Shown here one piece after another: positions 8,280 through 17,526 of a stretch of DNA of 47,245 nt (the stretch's first letter is position 1; the number at the start of each line of letters is the position of its first letter). The notes beneath the pieces are model-generated. The model was not told the origin of the DNA, made no database searches, and saw only the letters and a list, made by a program, of their open reading frames with translations. Made by a program: the position numbers and the translations under genes. The DNA comes from an uncultured Planctomycetaceae bacterium (GTDB taxonomy: Bacteria > Planctomycetota > Planctomycetia > Planctomycetales > Planctomycetaceae). The stretch is from contig CAZHET010000001.1 of assembly GCA_964531585.1 (NCBI GenBank), positions 1 to 47,245 of the forward strand, given 5' to 3'.

Positions 8280-10745
8280 TTAGTGGTTGAACAGGAATTC
8301 CTTCGTATTGATCAGAGCCCAGGTGATGTCTTCATAGGCGACTCGAGGTTCGTCCTTGTGGCGGTCAATGTAGGTGATTGCGACCCCCAGTTCGTCTGGT
8401 CGGGGATTGCGGGCGAAGACGGTGCGATAGAGTTCCGCGATGCGGTCTTCGTGAGAGCGGGACTCGTCTGCCGCCAGCGCGGCTGCTCGGGCACCATCGC
8501 GAGCGATTTTGTCCTGAATCTCCTTGCTGTTTAACAAGTGCAGACTTTGAGCCAGGTTTGCGTCCTGGCTGCGTTCGCATTCGCAGGCGGTGTCACCCTG
8601 AGGCTGGCCGAAGACTTTCAGGAAGTACGGACCGGCCGCAGTGTCAACAAGCTGGACGGCTTTTGTGCCGCTTGGCATACCGCCGAAATCTTCAGACGTT
8701 TTCGTCACCATGTGAAAGCCGTCGTACAGTGCTTCGGCGCTCAGGCGGCGAGGATAATAGCGGGAGAAATTCTGCTTGTCGGTCGCGTTATATTCGTTCG
8801 GCAGTGAACTGAGCTGATACGTTTTGGAACGGCAGATGGTGCGGATCAGTTCCTTCATGTCGAAACCCGACGCGATGAACTGCTGAGCCAGGCCGTCCAG
8901 CAGTTCCGGATTCGTGGGCGGATTGGTTGCTCGCATGTCGTCTTCAGGTTCGACGATGCCGCGATTGAAGAAGTGCTTCCAGTAGCGATTAACGAGCGAT
9001 CTTGCAAAAAACGGGTTGTTGGGATTGGCCATCCAGTCGGCCAGCCGGACTCGCGGATCTTCATCGGCCGGGATGTCGTATGGTTCGCCGACTCCCAGAC
9101 CGGTGGGCTTGAGATTTTCGCCGGAACGAGGATTCGCGGACGTGGCGGTACCTTCGTTGTGAACGACCTGGCGATCACGCGTATTGCCGGCGGCACCGGG
9201 AATGCCGTTGCGGCCGACTTGAGTAAAGAACGCCGCCATGCCGTAGTAATCGTCCTGGCTCCACTTTTCGAACGGGTGGTGATGGCAGCGAGCACACTGA
9301 ATTCTCAGGCCAAGAAACAACTGAGCAGTATCTTCGACCTGTTCTTCGGTCTGGTCGACTTCGCGGTACCACGTCACGGCCGGGTTAATCAGCGGCTCGC
9401 CGGAGGCCGTGATGATTTCCCGCACGAACTGATCGTACGGTTTGTTTTCGTAGATGCTGTCCCAGACCCACTGATGAAACAGAAACGTGCCGGGCGCGTC
9501 TTCGCCGCGTTCCTTCTTGTTGCGAAGGACGAAGTTCCACTTGTTGGCGAAATGATCCGCGTAGGCGGTGCTGTCCAGCAGTTCGTCGATCAGGCGATCA
9601 CGCTTATCAGCCCCGGTGGCGGCGAGAAACGCCTGCACGGTTTCTTCATTTGGCAGTGCTCCGGTGATGTCCAGTGTCACACGCCGCAGGAAGGTCGCGT
9701 CGTCGCAGACAGGTGATGGCGGAATTCCCAGCAGTCGCAGCTTGTCGAAGACAGCGGCATCGACCAGATTGACCGGTTCCGGCATTTCGGTCGTGTCGGC
9801 ACCGAGCGGAATAGTGGCTCGAAATGTGGCGACCTGTCCCTGATAGCGGGCCATGATGGCGACTTCGCCGGCCAGATCGAGCGTTGTGACGAGGCCGGTT
9901 TCCGAGCAATCTGCCATCTCCGTGTCGTTGGCTTCGTACAGAGCCATCCGCGTGACGTCTTCCGTAGAACCGTCACTGTAAGTGGCGATGACGGCGATCT
10001 GCTGTTCGGCTGAGGGGGACATGACCCGCGCGTCCGGATAGCAGCGGATGCCGACGACTTCAGGATCGCTGTCGCTGCCGAACGGCATTCCCTGTTCGAT
10101 CCAGCGGACCAGCATGCGGTATTCGTAGCTGTCATCTTCCATCCGCTTTCCGCCACCGTGAGGGCTGCGGCCGATGGCTTTCTTTAGCAAGAGGCTTTCG
10201 GTGGGAGCGGCCGGAAAGATTCGCCGCCCTCGCGATTCCTTGCGGAGGAATTCGTAGTCGTCTTCCGGATAGAAGCCGAGCAGCGAGAGTTTGAAGCCGT
10301 TCTGGCCGCTGGCTTTGCCGTGGCAGCCACCGCCGTTGCAACCGAGCTTGGTGAAGATCGGAGTCACCTGATTTCGAAAATTGATCGGCAGCGGGGACTC
10401 AAAGCCACTGACGGAGACAGGGACGCTCGTCTGCCTGTCAGCCAGCGTGGCCGTGATGACGGCGTCTCCGTCGTGCAGCGGAGTCACCAGCCCGGTGCGA
10501 TCAATGGCGACGATGCCGGCCGGTTCCGTGGAGAACTCAACCTGCCGCGTCACGTCGACATCGCCGCTGACGGACGACGCGCTCACGATCAGTTGCTGGC
10601 GAATGTCGGCATTTCGAATTGGAATGGTTTCGCCGGTCGCGGCGGGACCGATCGACAGTGAAAAGTCCGCGGCCGATAGCGAACCGGTAACTGTGACGAT
10701 CGCAACAACACAGGGAATCGCAATGGCGAGTCTCATGGAAATCAT
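8280..10745 (-). CDS. Secreted Ig-like (Big_2-like) / PSCyt / DUF1549 (PSCyt2) / DUF1553 (PSD) domain protein
   Basis: The signal peptide is MRLAIAIPCVVAIVTVTGSLSAA. Family hallmarks present: CNGGGCHG; DATFLRRVTLDITGALPNEETVQAFL; FLGLRIQCARCHHHPFEKWSQDDYYGMAAFF; NPFFARSLVNRYWKHFFNRGIVEPEDD; CECERS. These are hallmarks of the planctomycete DUF1549/DUF1553 family. Confidence 0.9.
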   Translation of the reverse strand: MISMRLAIAIPCVVAIVTVTGSLSAADFSLSIGPAATGETIPIRNADIRQQLIVSASSVSGDVDVTRQVEFSTEPAGIVAIDRTGLVTPLHDGDAVITATLADRQTSVPVSVSGFESPLPINFRNQVTPIFTKLGCNGGGCHGKASGQNGFKLSLLGFYPEDDYEFLRKESRGRRIFPAAPTESLLLKKAIGRSPHGGGKRMEDDSYEYRMLVRWIEQGMPFGSDSDPEVVGIRCYPDARVMSPSAEQQIAVIATYSDGSTEDVTRMALYEANDTEMADCSETGLVTTLDLAGEVAIMARYQGQVATFRATIPLGADTTEMPEPVNLVDAAVFDKLRLLGIPPSPVCDDATFLRRVTLDITGALPNEETVQAFLAATGADKRDRLIDELLDSTAYADHFANKWNFVLRNKKERGEDAPGTFLFHQWVWDSIYENKPYDQFVREIITASGEPLINPAVTWYREVDQTEEQVEDTAQLFLGLRIQCARCHHHPFEKWSQDDYYGMAAFFTQVGRNGIPGAAGNTRDRQVVHNEGTATSANPRSGENLKPTGLGVGEPYDIPADEDPRVRLADWMANPNNPFFARSLVNRYWKHFFNRGIVEPEDDMRATNPPTNPELLDGLAQQFIASGFDMKELIRTICRSKTYQLSSLPNEYNATDKQNFSRYYPRRLSAEALYDGFHMVTKTSEDFGGMPSGTKAVQLVDTAAGPYFLKVFGQPQGDTACECERSQDANLAQSLHLLNSKEIQDKIARDGARAAALAADESRSHEDRIAELYRTVFARNPRPDELGVAITYIDRHKDEPRVAYEDITWALINTKEFLFNH

Positions 10746-11062
10746 CTCCGATGGCGGGAGGCAGCGGCATCGTGCCGCGGTGAGTCAGCGAGGTGTGTCG
10801 GGAAACCAGGTGGGATGTCGAAAACCAGGAGCCTCCGACACAGTGAAGCGTACGACTTGCGTCGCCGGAGTCAAGATTCCGGAGCATGCCCGGCGTAACA
10901 AACAGGAAACCGCTGTCAGTCATGACTTCTGCGATTGACTTTCGCGACGTCGTTGTACAGGGGGCGGCAACCTGCACGCTCATTCGCATCGCAACGATTG
11001 TTGGATTCCTGTTAGTATCCGCCGGTGCGGCATGAACTTCAGTTTCCCGCGGACCAAACGGC

Positions 11063-12013
11063 ATGGATGCTCGCAGAATTCGCTATCTGGTCGAATACGC
11101 TTTCTTCTGCTCCGTCGTCTTCTGCGTGCGGTCGCTGCCTGTTGCAACGGCGATGCGGCTGGCGGATTCGCTGGCATGGTTTGTTCATCGCGTGCTGCCC
11201 CGCCGGCTGACTCGATTTCACGTGGCGGCTGAGAACATTCGCACCGCGTTCGGCCACGATACAACGGATGCCGTCGTTGAGCGCATCGTGCTGGGAATGT
11301 GGCAACACTTGTTTCGCATGGTCTGCGAAATCGTTCAGTTGCCGCGCAGGTTCCGGCTGCAGCGCTGCGGAGCGTACCTGAACTTTTATCAGCGCGAAGA
11401 ATGCGTGCGTGCTGTCTTGAGCAACCGGCCGGTGCTGTTCCTCGGTGGCCACTTCGGCAACTGGGAAATTTCCGTCAATACCTTCGGGCACTTCGGGTTT
11501 CCGATGGGAGTCGTCGCTCGCGATCTGGACAACCCTTACCTGCATCGATGGTTCAAGCGGTTTCGAGAATCGACGGGGAACTGGACGATTTCAAAAAATG
11601 GAGCCGGCGCCGAGCTTGTCGAGGCAATGGAATCCGGCGGTATGGCGTCACTGCTGTGCGACCAGGACGCGGGCCGGCGAGGTGTGTTTGCGGATTTTTT
11701 CGGCAAACCGGCTTCGACGTTTAAGTCGATCGGCCTGCTGGCACTCCAGTACGACGCCCTGATCGTGGTCGGCGGAGCGTACCGTCTGCCGGCCGATCAA
11801 CAGCGCGACACGAACTGGGTGCGATTCAATCTGGCGACCCAGCAGGTCATCGACAGCCGCGACGTGGACGGAGTGGACGCGTTGACTCAGCAGTTTACGT
11901 CGGCGCTGGAAGAACTCATCCGGAAAGCTCCGGAACAATACTTCTGGGTGCATCGCCGCTGGAAAACGCCACTTCCGGAACGGCGATCGGCGCGGCGACC
12001 GCACGCAGCATAA
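11063..12013 (+). CDS. Lysophospholipid / lipid A biosynthesis (LpxL/HtrB-like) acyltransferase family protein
   Basis: The HX4-type motif GGHFGNWE is present. The overall layout (N-terminal hydrophobic segment, ...LLCDQDAG..., ...PEQYFWVHRRWK) is typical of the LpxL/HtrB family. Confidence 0.75.
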   Translation: MDARRIRYLVEYAFFCSVVFCVRSLPVATAMRLADSLAWFVHRVLPRRLTRFHVAAENIRTAFGHDTTDAVVERIVLGMWQHLFRMVCEIVQLPRRFRLQRCGAYLNFYQREECVRAVLSNRPVLFLGGHFGNWEISVNTFGHFGFPMGVVARDLDNPYLHRWFKRFRESTGNWTISKNGAGAELVEAMESGGMASLLCDQDAGRRGVFADFFGKPASTFKSIGLLALQYDALIVVGGAYRLPADQQRDTNWVRFNLATQQVIDSRDVDGVDALTQQFTSALEELIRKAPEQYFWVHRRWKTPLPERRSARRPHAA

Positions 12014-12090
12014 GCCCCCAGCGCACGACGCGACTCCGACGCCGTCAACACGCCGGCAGCGGGATTGCAGTGCGCCGTGCCCAACGTTCG

Positions 12091-13650
12091 TCATCCGAAC
12101 TGAATGCCCTGAGCCAGCGGCAGTTCGCTGCCGTAGTTGATCGTATTCGTCGCGCGGCGCATGTAGGCCTTCCAGCTGTCGGAACCGGATTCGCGTCCGC
12201 CACCGGTGTCCTTTTCACCGCCGAACGCCCCGCCGATTTCCGCTCCGCTGGGGCCGAGATTCACGTTCGCAATGCCGCAGTCACTGCCGGATGTCGAACA
12301 GAACAGTTCCGCTTCCTGCAGGTCGTTTGTGAAGATCGAGGATGACAGTCCCTGGCTGACGCAGTTCTGCAGCGCGATCGCTGCGTTCAGTTTCGAATAC
12401 CTGATGACGTACAGAATGGGTGCGAACGTTTCCTGAAACATGATCGCGGAATGTTCAGACATCTCGACGATTGCCGGTGTCACGTAGCAGCCTCCGGCCG
12501 GAACATCCTGCGTCATGTATTCGCCTCCAAACACAGTTCCTCCCTGATCGCGAGCCTCCCGAAGAGCCTGCATCATTTGTTCTCCGGCCGCCGCGTCGAT
12601 CAGCGGACCGACCAGCGTGTCTTCGTCGAGCGGGTCGCCGATCGGCAGCGTTCGATAGGCAGCGCGCAGCTTCTGCAGCAGATTGTCAGCGATCGATTCG
12701 TGGACGAACAGCCGGCGCAGGCTTGTGCAGCGCTGGCCGCACGTTCCTGCGGCGGCAAACACGATGCCCCGCAAAGCAAGGTCCAGGTCGGCCGACGGGC
12801 ATATGATGGCGGCATTGTTGCCACCCAGTTCCAGCAGACTTCGTCCCAGCCGAGCGGCTACTGTCTGAGCGACCGCTCGTCCCATCGGCACGCTGCCCGT
12901 TGCCGAGATCAGCGGCAGGCGAGCATCCGCGGCGAGCGATTGCCCGACATTGCGTCCACCGATCACGACGGAAAACAAGCCGTCCGGAATGCCACCTGTG
13001 TCGCGTGCGGCTTTCAGCAGCAGGCTGTGACAGGCCAGTGCAGACAGCGGAGTCTTTTCGGACGGCTTCCACACAACCGCGTCGCCGCAGACAAGTGCTA
13101 AAGCTGCGTTCCAGGCCCACACAGCGACAGGAAAATTGAACGCCGAAATCACGCCGACGGGACCAAGCGGATGCCACTGTTCCATCATCCGGTGAGCCGG
13201 TCGTTCGGTGGCGATCGTCAGCCCGTGAAGCTGGCGGCTAAGACCGACAGCGAACTCGCAGATGTCGATCATTTCCTGCACTTCGCCGAGCGATTCCTGG
13301 ACGATCTTGCCGGCTTCCCACGTCACGACGGCGGCCAGATCAGCTTTGTGTTCTCGCAGAATTTCGCCGAAGCGCCGCACCAGGTGACCTCGCACCGGTG
13401 CCGGAACCTCGCGCCACGTGTGGAAAGCCACGGTGGCATCACGGGCCGCGTGGTCGACATCCTGCGGTTCTGCCAGCAGGAACTCGGCCAGCATCGAACC
13501 GTCGATCGGCGATCGAGCAGTCCACGCGTCACCGCCGCACGGAGTCAGCGAGTCGCCGATCGCACGGCCCGTGATTTCCACGACACCAAGACGGTTCAGG
13601 ATTTCAGAGATCGGATGCATAGCAATTCTGCCGCGCCGCGAATCAGACAC
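12091..13650 (-). CDS. ALDH7 (antiquitin/AmaB)-type aldehyde dehydrogenase, likely alpha-aminoadipic semialdehyde / piperideine-6-carboxylate dehydrogenase
   Basis: Motifs present: VVWKPSEKTP, LELGGNNAAII, GQRCTSLRR. The C-terminus GIANVNLGPSGAEIGGAFGGEKDTGGGRESGSDSWKAYMRRATNTINYGSELPLAQGIQF is very characteristic of ALDH7. Confidence 0.9.
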   Translation of the reverse strand: MSDSRRGRIAMHPISEILNRLGVVEITGRAIGDSLTPCGGDAWTARSPIDGSMLAEFLLAEPQDVDHAARDATVAFHTWREVPAPVRGHLVRRFGEILREHKADLAAVVTWEAGKIVQESLGEVQEMIDICEFAVGLSRQLHGLTIATERPAHRMMEQWHPLGPVGVISAFNFPVAVWAWNAALALVCGDAVVWKPSEKTPLSALACHSLLLKAARDTGGIPDGLFSVVIGGRNVGQSLAADARLPLISATGSVPMGRAVAQTVAARLGRSLLELGGNNAAIICPSADLDLALRGIVFAAAGTCGQRCTSLRRLFVHESIADNLLQKLRAAYRTLPIGDPLDEDTLVGPLIDAAAGEQMMQALREARDQGGTVFGGEYMTQDVPAGGCYVTPAIVEMSEHSAIMFQETFAPILYVIRYSKLNAAIALQNCVSQGLSSSIFTNDLQEAELFCSTSGSDCGIANVNLGPSGAEIGGAFGGEKDTGGGRESGSDSWKAYMRRATNTINYGSELPLAQGIQFG

Positions 13651-13839
13651 ACAAGCCGCCGAATGTTTGCGTGAAGTTTAGTGCAACCGTCACGGGACTG
13701 CGCTTGCAATGCGGTCTGTGAAGTGCCGCCCGTCGGTTTTCCGTGCAGTCGTTTTCCGCTAACGTGGTGAACTTCCGAGCGCCGCGCGTTCGAGGTGTTC
13801 GCCCCTTCCCGCCTGATGATGCTTTCCGGAGATCCGTTT

Positions 13840-15174
13840 ATGAAGCCCCTGCTGCCCCTGCTGAGTTTTCTGGTCACTCTTGTTGTGAGTTTTCAAACAG
13901 TCATTGCCGCGGACAATCCACCGGAAGGATTTCGGTCGCTGTTCAATGGTCAGAATCTTGATGGCTGGCACGGCCGTCCTCACTTTGATCCTCGTGAACT
14001 GGCCGCGCTTCCGGATGCGGAGCGAGCCGCGAAAATCGCCGAGTGGACGGCCGATGCCGCGAAGCACTGGACCGTCGAAAACGGCGAACTCGTCAACGAT
14101 GGCGAAGGAGCGTATCTGGTCACCAATGACGAATTCGCCGACTACGAGTTCCGCATCGAATACCGCACCGTCCCGAGAGCAGACAGCGGCATTTATCTGA
14201 AGGCGAATCCTCAGGTGCAGATCTGGGACTACACCGACCCGACGAAGTTCCGTCTGGATGCCGATCTGGGCAGCGGAGGTTTATGGAACAACAGCGCAGG
14301 CGCTGAAGGAAAGAATCCGTTCGTGCTGGCCGACAAGCGACTTGGCGAATGGAATTCGTTCCGAGTTCAGCAGGTGGGAGCACGCACTACGGTCTGGCTC
14401 AACGATTTCCTGGTGGTCGATCACGCGATCATGGAAAACTACTGGGATCGCGAATCGCCGCTGTTTGTCAAGGGACCGATTGAACTGCAGACGCACGGTG
14501 GGGAAATTCGCTGGCGCAATCTGGCGATTCGAGAGTACACACCGGAAGAAGCCAACGCGATCCTTCGTGAACATGAAAGCCAGGCGTTCACGTCACTGTT
14601 TAACGGAACGGACCTGACCGGCTGGAAGGGAGCCACGGATCACTACGAAGTCGTCGATGGAACGATCCGCTGCAAAGCCGGTCACGGCGGGCTGCTGCTG
14701 GCAGAGCCGGAGTTCGGAAACTTCATCGCGCGAGTGGAATTTCGCCTGCCTCCCGGCGGCAACAACGGGCTGGCAATCCGGTCGCCCGGCGACGGCGATG
14801 CGGCGTATTCGGCGATGACCGAACTGCAGGTACTGGACACCGAGCATGAGATGTACGCAAAGCTGGATCCGCGACAGGCTCACGGTTCTGCATACGGCAT
14901 GGTGGCGGCCAAACGGGGATTTCTGCGTCCCACCGGCGAGTGGAATTTTCAGGAAGTCACGGTCGACGGCAGCACGATCAAAGTGGAACTGAACGGCCAC
15001 GTGATTCTGAACACGGACCTTTCCAGGGTGACCGAGTATATGGCGAACAGTCCCCACCCCGGCAAAGACCGCACTCACGGTTACTTTGGTTTTGCGGGCC
15101 ACAACGACCCGGTCGCATTCCGCAATGTGAGCGTCAGAGAACTGGCCGAAACGGCCACGCCGGATAGGAAATAG
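13840..15174 (+). CDS. Secreted protein with two tandem DUF1080 (3-keto-disaccharide hydrolase-like) domains
   Basis: The signal peptide MKPLLPLLSFLVTLVVSFQTVIA starts at the ATG at 13840; the listed start at 13795 is also possible. Two repeats of the DUF1080 pattern are present: FRSLFNGQNLDGWHG...WTVENGELV...ADYEFRIEYR... and FTSLFNGTDLTGWKG...YEVVDGTIRC...GNFIARVEFRLPPGGNNGLAIRS... Confidence 0.85.
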   Translation: MKPLLPLLSFLVTLVVSFQTVIAADNPPEGFRSLFNGQNLDGWHGRPHFDPRELAALPDAERAAKIAEWTADAAKHWTVENGELVNDGEGAYLVTNDEFADYEFRIEYRTVPRADSGIYLKANPQVQIWDYTDPTKFRLDADLGSGGLWNNSAGAEGKNPFVLADKRLGEWNSFRVQQVGARTTVWLNDFLVVDHAIMENYWDRESPLFVKGPIELQTHGGEIRWRNLAIREYTPEEANAILREHESQAFTSLFNGTDLTGWKGATDHYEVVDGTIRCKAGHGGLLLAEPEFGNFIARVEFRLPPGGNNGLAIRSPGDGDAAYSAMTELQVLDTEHEMYAKLDPRQAHGSAYGMVAAKRGFLRPTGEWNFQEVTVDGSTIKVELNGHVILNTDLSRVTEYMANSPHPGKDRTHGYFGFAGHNDPVAFRNVSVRELAETATPDRK

Positions 15175-15285
15175 CCGGACGGGAAACCCGCGGCGAAGTC
15201 CAAAGCGGGTACGTGTCATGGCAGGCCCGGTGTCTCGTGGAGATGCCGGGCTTGTACACGTCGTCGGGCGAACATCGAGGCGAGG

Positions 15286-16143
15286 TCAGCGGTTCGCCGT
15301 GCGGGCGTCGTTCAGGCTCCAGTCGTACTCCAGAAACTGAATGCTGGTTGTGGCGTGCTGTTCGGCGGCCCGACGCGTTTCTTTCGTGGGCAGCCACGGC
15401 GCGATCGTCTGCAGCTGTTCGGCGCGAGAAGCGCCGAAGTCGCCGCCGAACCAGTTCAGGATCGAGGACAGGTGCAACGTCCGCGAGGCCGCGTCGTAAC
15501 GAAAGTGTCGCGGCTGGCGGAAGAAGTGCCGGGCATTCTCATCCAGTTGCTGCGGCAGGCGGTCAGCGGTGTACGCTTCGTTCAGCAGTCGAGGACAGCC
15601 GACTGACGCGCAGACGATTGCAAAGTGGATTCGCGGCTCATTCACCGTTCGCAGTTTCCTGTGTTCGATGTCCTCGAGAGAATACGTGCGACCGCCCACA
15701 AACAGCTTCAGATCCTGCCAGATGTTGTACCCGACGAGGCGAGCCGTGTGATTGCGAATCGACGACGTCGGATACTCCCGCAGAATGCCTTCAATGGTCA
15801 CTGCGTTGTAGGCGTTGATCCAGAATGCCAGGCTGGCATCCTGCGAACTGTTGGCGTGAATGTCGGCCGCGGACAGTGTGGACAGGTACGCGGTCAGCTT
15901 TTCGCGATCGCCGGCATTTGATTTCCAGTCGCTGTAGCGGACCATCCCGTCCGCATCAACGTACGACTGCAGCAGCTCGTTCCAGGCGGTATGCTCGATC
16001 TGATCCAGCGGCACTGTCGCCGTGACATTGCGACCGACGAAGATTTCTGCACCTGCAAAATGGCTGAAGACCAGTCCTGCGCCGGCGCAGGCGATTGCTA
16101 TGAGTGTTGAACGGACCATGATGGTTTTGTATTTCCCTTCCAT
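15286..16143 (-). CDS. DUF547 domain protein (secreted or membrane-anchored)
   Basis: AFWINAYNAVTIEGIL...GGRTYSLEDIEHRKLR...EPRIHFAIVCASVGCPRLLNEAYT matches the DUF547 consensus as I remember it. Confidence 0.8.
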   Translation of the reverse strand: MEGKYKTIMVRSTLIAIACAGAGLVFSHFAGAEIFVGRNVTATVPLDQIEHTAWNELLQSYVDADGMVRYSDWKSNAGDREKLTAYLSTLSAADIHANSSQDASLAFWINAYNAVTIEGILREYPTSSIRNHTARLVGYNIWQDLKLFVGGRTYSLEDIEHRKLRTVNEPRIHFAIVCASVGCPRLLNEAYTADRLPQQLDENARHFFRQPRHFRYDAASRTLHLSSILNWFGGDFGASRAEQLQTIAPWLPTKETRRAAEQHATTSIQFLEYDWSLNDARTANR

Positions 16144-16326
16144 GAGTTTTCCTGTGGCGAACTGCGATCAGGCGATCTTAGCGACTGGCAAAGACCTGCC
16201 GAGTGAAGCAGCTCACACGCGTAACGAAATGTTCAGTCAGCGACCGATCCGCGGGAATTCCATGTGAACCGTGGGTATGCTGTCGGAATTGTCTTTGAGG
16301 GCACTTAGAACACAGGCGGCAGAATC

Positions 16327-17292
16327 ATGCGATCAATCTCGCGAATCATTGTCGGCGTTCAGATGGCGGTGAAGCGGCCATGGACGGCTGAAACACTTGG
16401 CGAAACGACTCGGGCGGCGATTGACCAGTCGCTGCGTGTGGCGGAAGCTCGCGGCGTCCCGGTCACGCTTGTGGCGGCGCTGGCTGAACCGTCCGCCGGG
16501 CTGTTCGGTTCTGCCGAAAATGCGTCCGCTGCGGCGATCCACGACAAGGCCGAAGCGGAAAGTGTGCTGCACGAAGTGATTGAACAGCATTCGCATCAGC
16601 ACCGCGGAAAGTATGAAGTCACGGCTCAGGTTGCGTTTGGCCAGCCGTGGACACAGATCCTGAAGAGTGTGGACGGCGATCGCGATGCTCTGGTCGTCTG
16701 TGGCACGCGCACGCGTGGGGCCATCAGTCGCATGCTGTTCGGCAACACCGGGCTCAAGCTGATTCGGTATGCACCCTGCGCCGTCTGGCTGGCCCGGCCA
16801 CGCGAGGATTACGAGGCACCTCTGGACGTTCTGGCCGCCACAGATCTTTCAGAAACCGGCGGCGAGGTTTTGCACACAGCCGTGCATCTGGGACAGTCAC
16901 TGCCAATCAGGCTTAGCGTGCTGCATGTCGTGGACACGGATCTCGATCGTCACATGGCGCGAGCGGGCGTGCGCGAGGAGTCCGTCCGCGAGTTCCGCCG
17001 TGAACTGAAGGAATCAGCGGAGCACCGTCTGCACGACCAACTGTCGATGACGGATTTTCGAACGCTGCCGGCCGGTGTTCAGGCACATGTCGCGGAAGGC
17101 GATCCGGACGCGGCGATTCTGTGTGCGATCGACGAGCTGAATGTCGACCTGCTGGTCATGGCGACGTCACGCCGTGGAGGTATTCCGGGCATCCTGTTTG
17201 GCAGCACGGCCGAGCGGCTGCTGCCTCAGTTGCACTGCGCGCTTCTGGTGATTAAGCCCGACGACTTCGAATCACCGGTGCGGCTGCCGTAG
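16327..17292 (+). CDS. Tandem universal stress protein (UspA family)
   Basis: There are two USP modules. Each ends in the ATP-binding-like motif: VCGTRTRGAISRMLFGNTGLKLIRYAPCAVWLAR and VMATSRRGGIPGILFGSTAERLLPQLHCALLVIKP. Confidence 0.85.
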   Translation: MRSISRIIVGVQMAVKRPWTAETLGETTRAAIDQSLRVAEARGVPVTLVAALAEPSAGLFGSAENASAAAIHDKAEAESVLHEVIEQHSHQHRGKYEVTAQVAFGQPWTQILKSVDGDRDALVVCGTRTRGAISRMLFGNTGLKLIRYAPCAVWLARPREDYEAPLDVLAATDLSETGGEVLHTAVHLGQSLPIRLSVLHVVDTDLDRHMARAGVREESVREFRRELKESAEHRLHDQLSMTDFRTLPAGVQAHVAEGDPDAAILCAIDELNVDLLVMATSRRGGIPGILFGSTAERLLPQLHCALLVIKPDDFESPVRLP

Positions 17293-17526
17293 CGGAAGGC
17301 CCGACTGTGCCGAAGCGGCGGGTCGTGAGGAAGTGACGGTCACATTCTTCGGGAAATAACGCCTGACCTCGGAAAATTACGGCTGGCTGTCGTCCTCGAC
17401 GATCGCTGGTGGGCCAAAAACCTGCGTCTGCATTCAATTGACACGGCGCACTGGCGGAATTCAGGTTACCATTGTCGGCAATCCGCAACGATTCCTGCTG
17501 CAGCGAGACTTCCAGGAGCACGCCCA

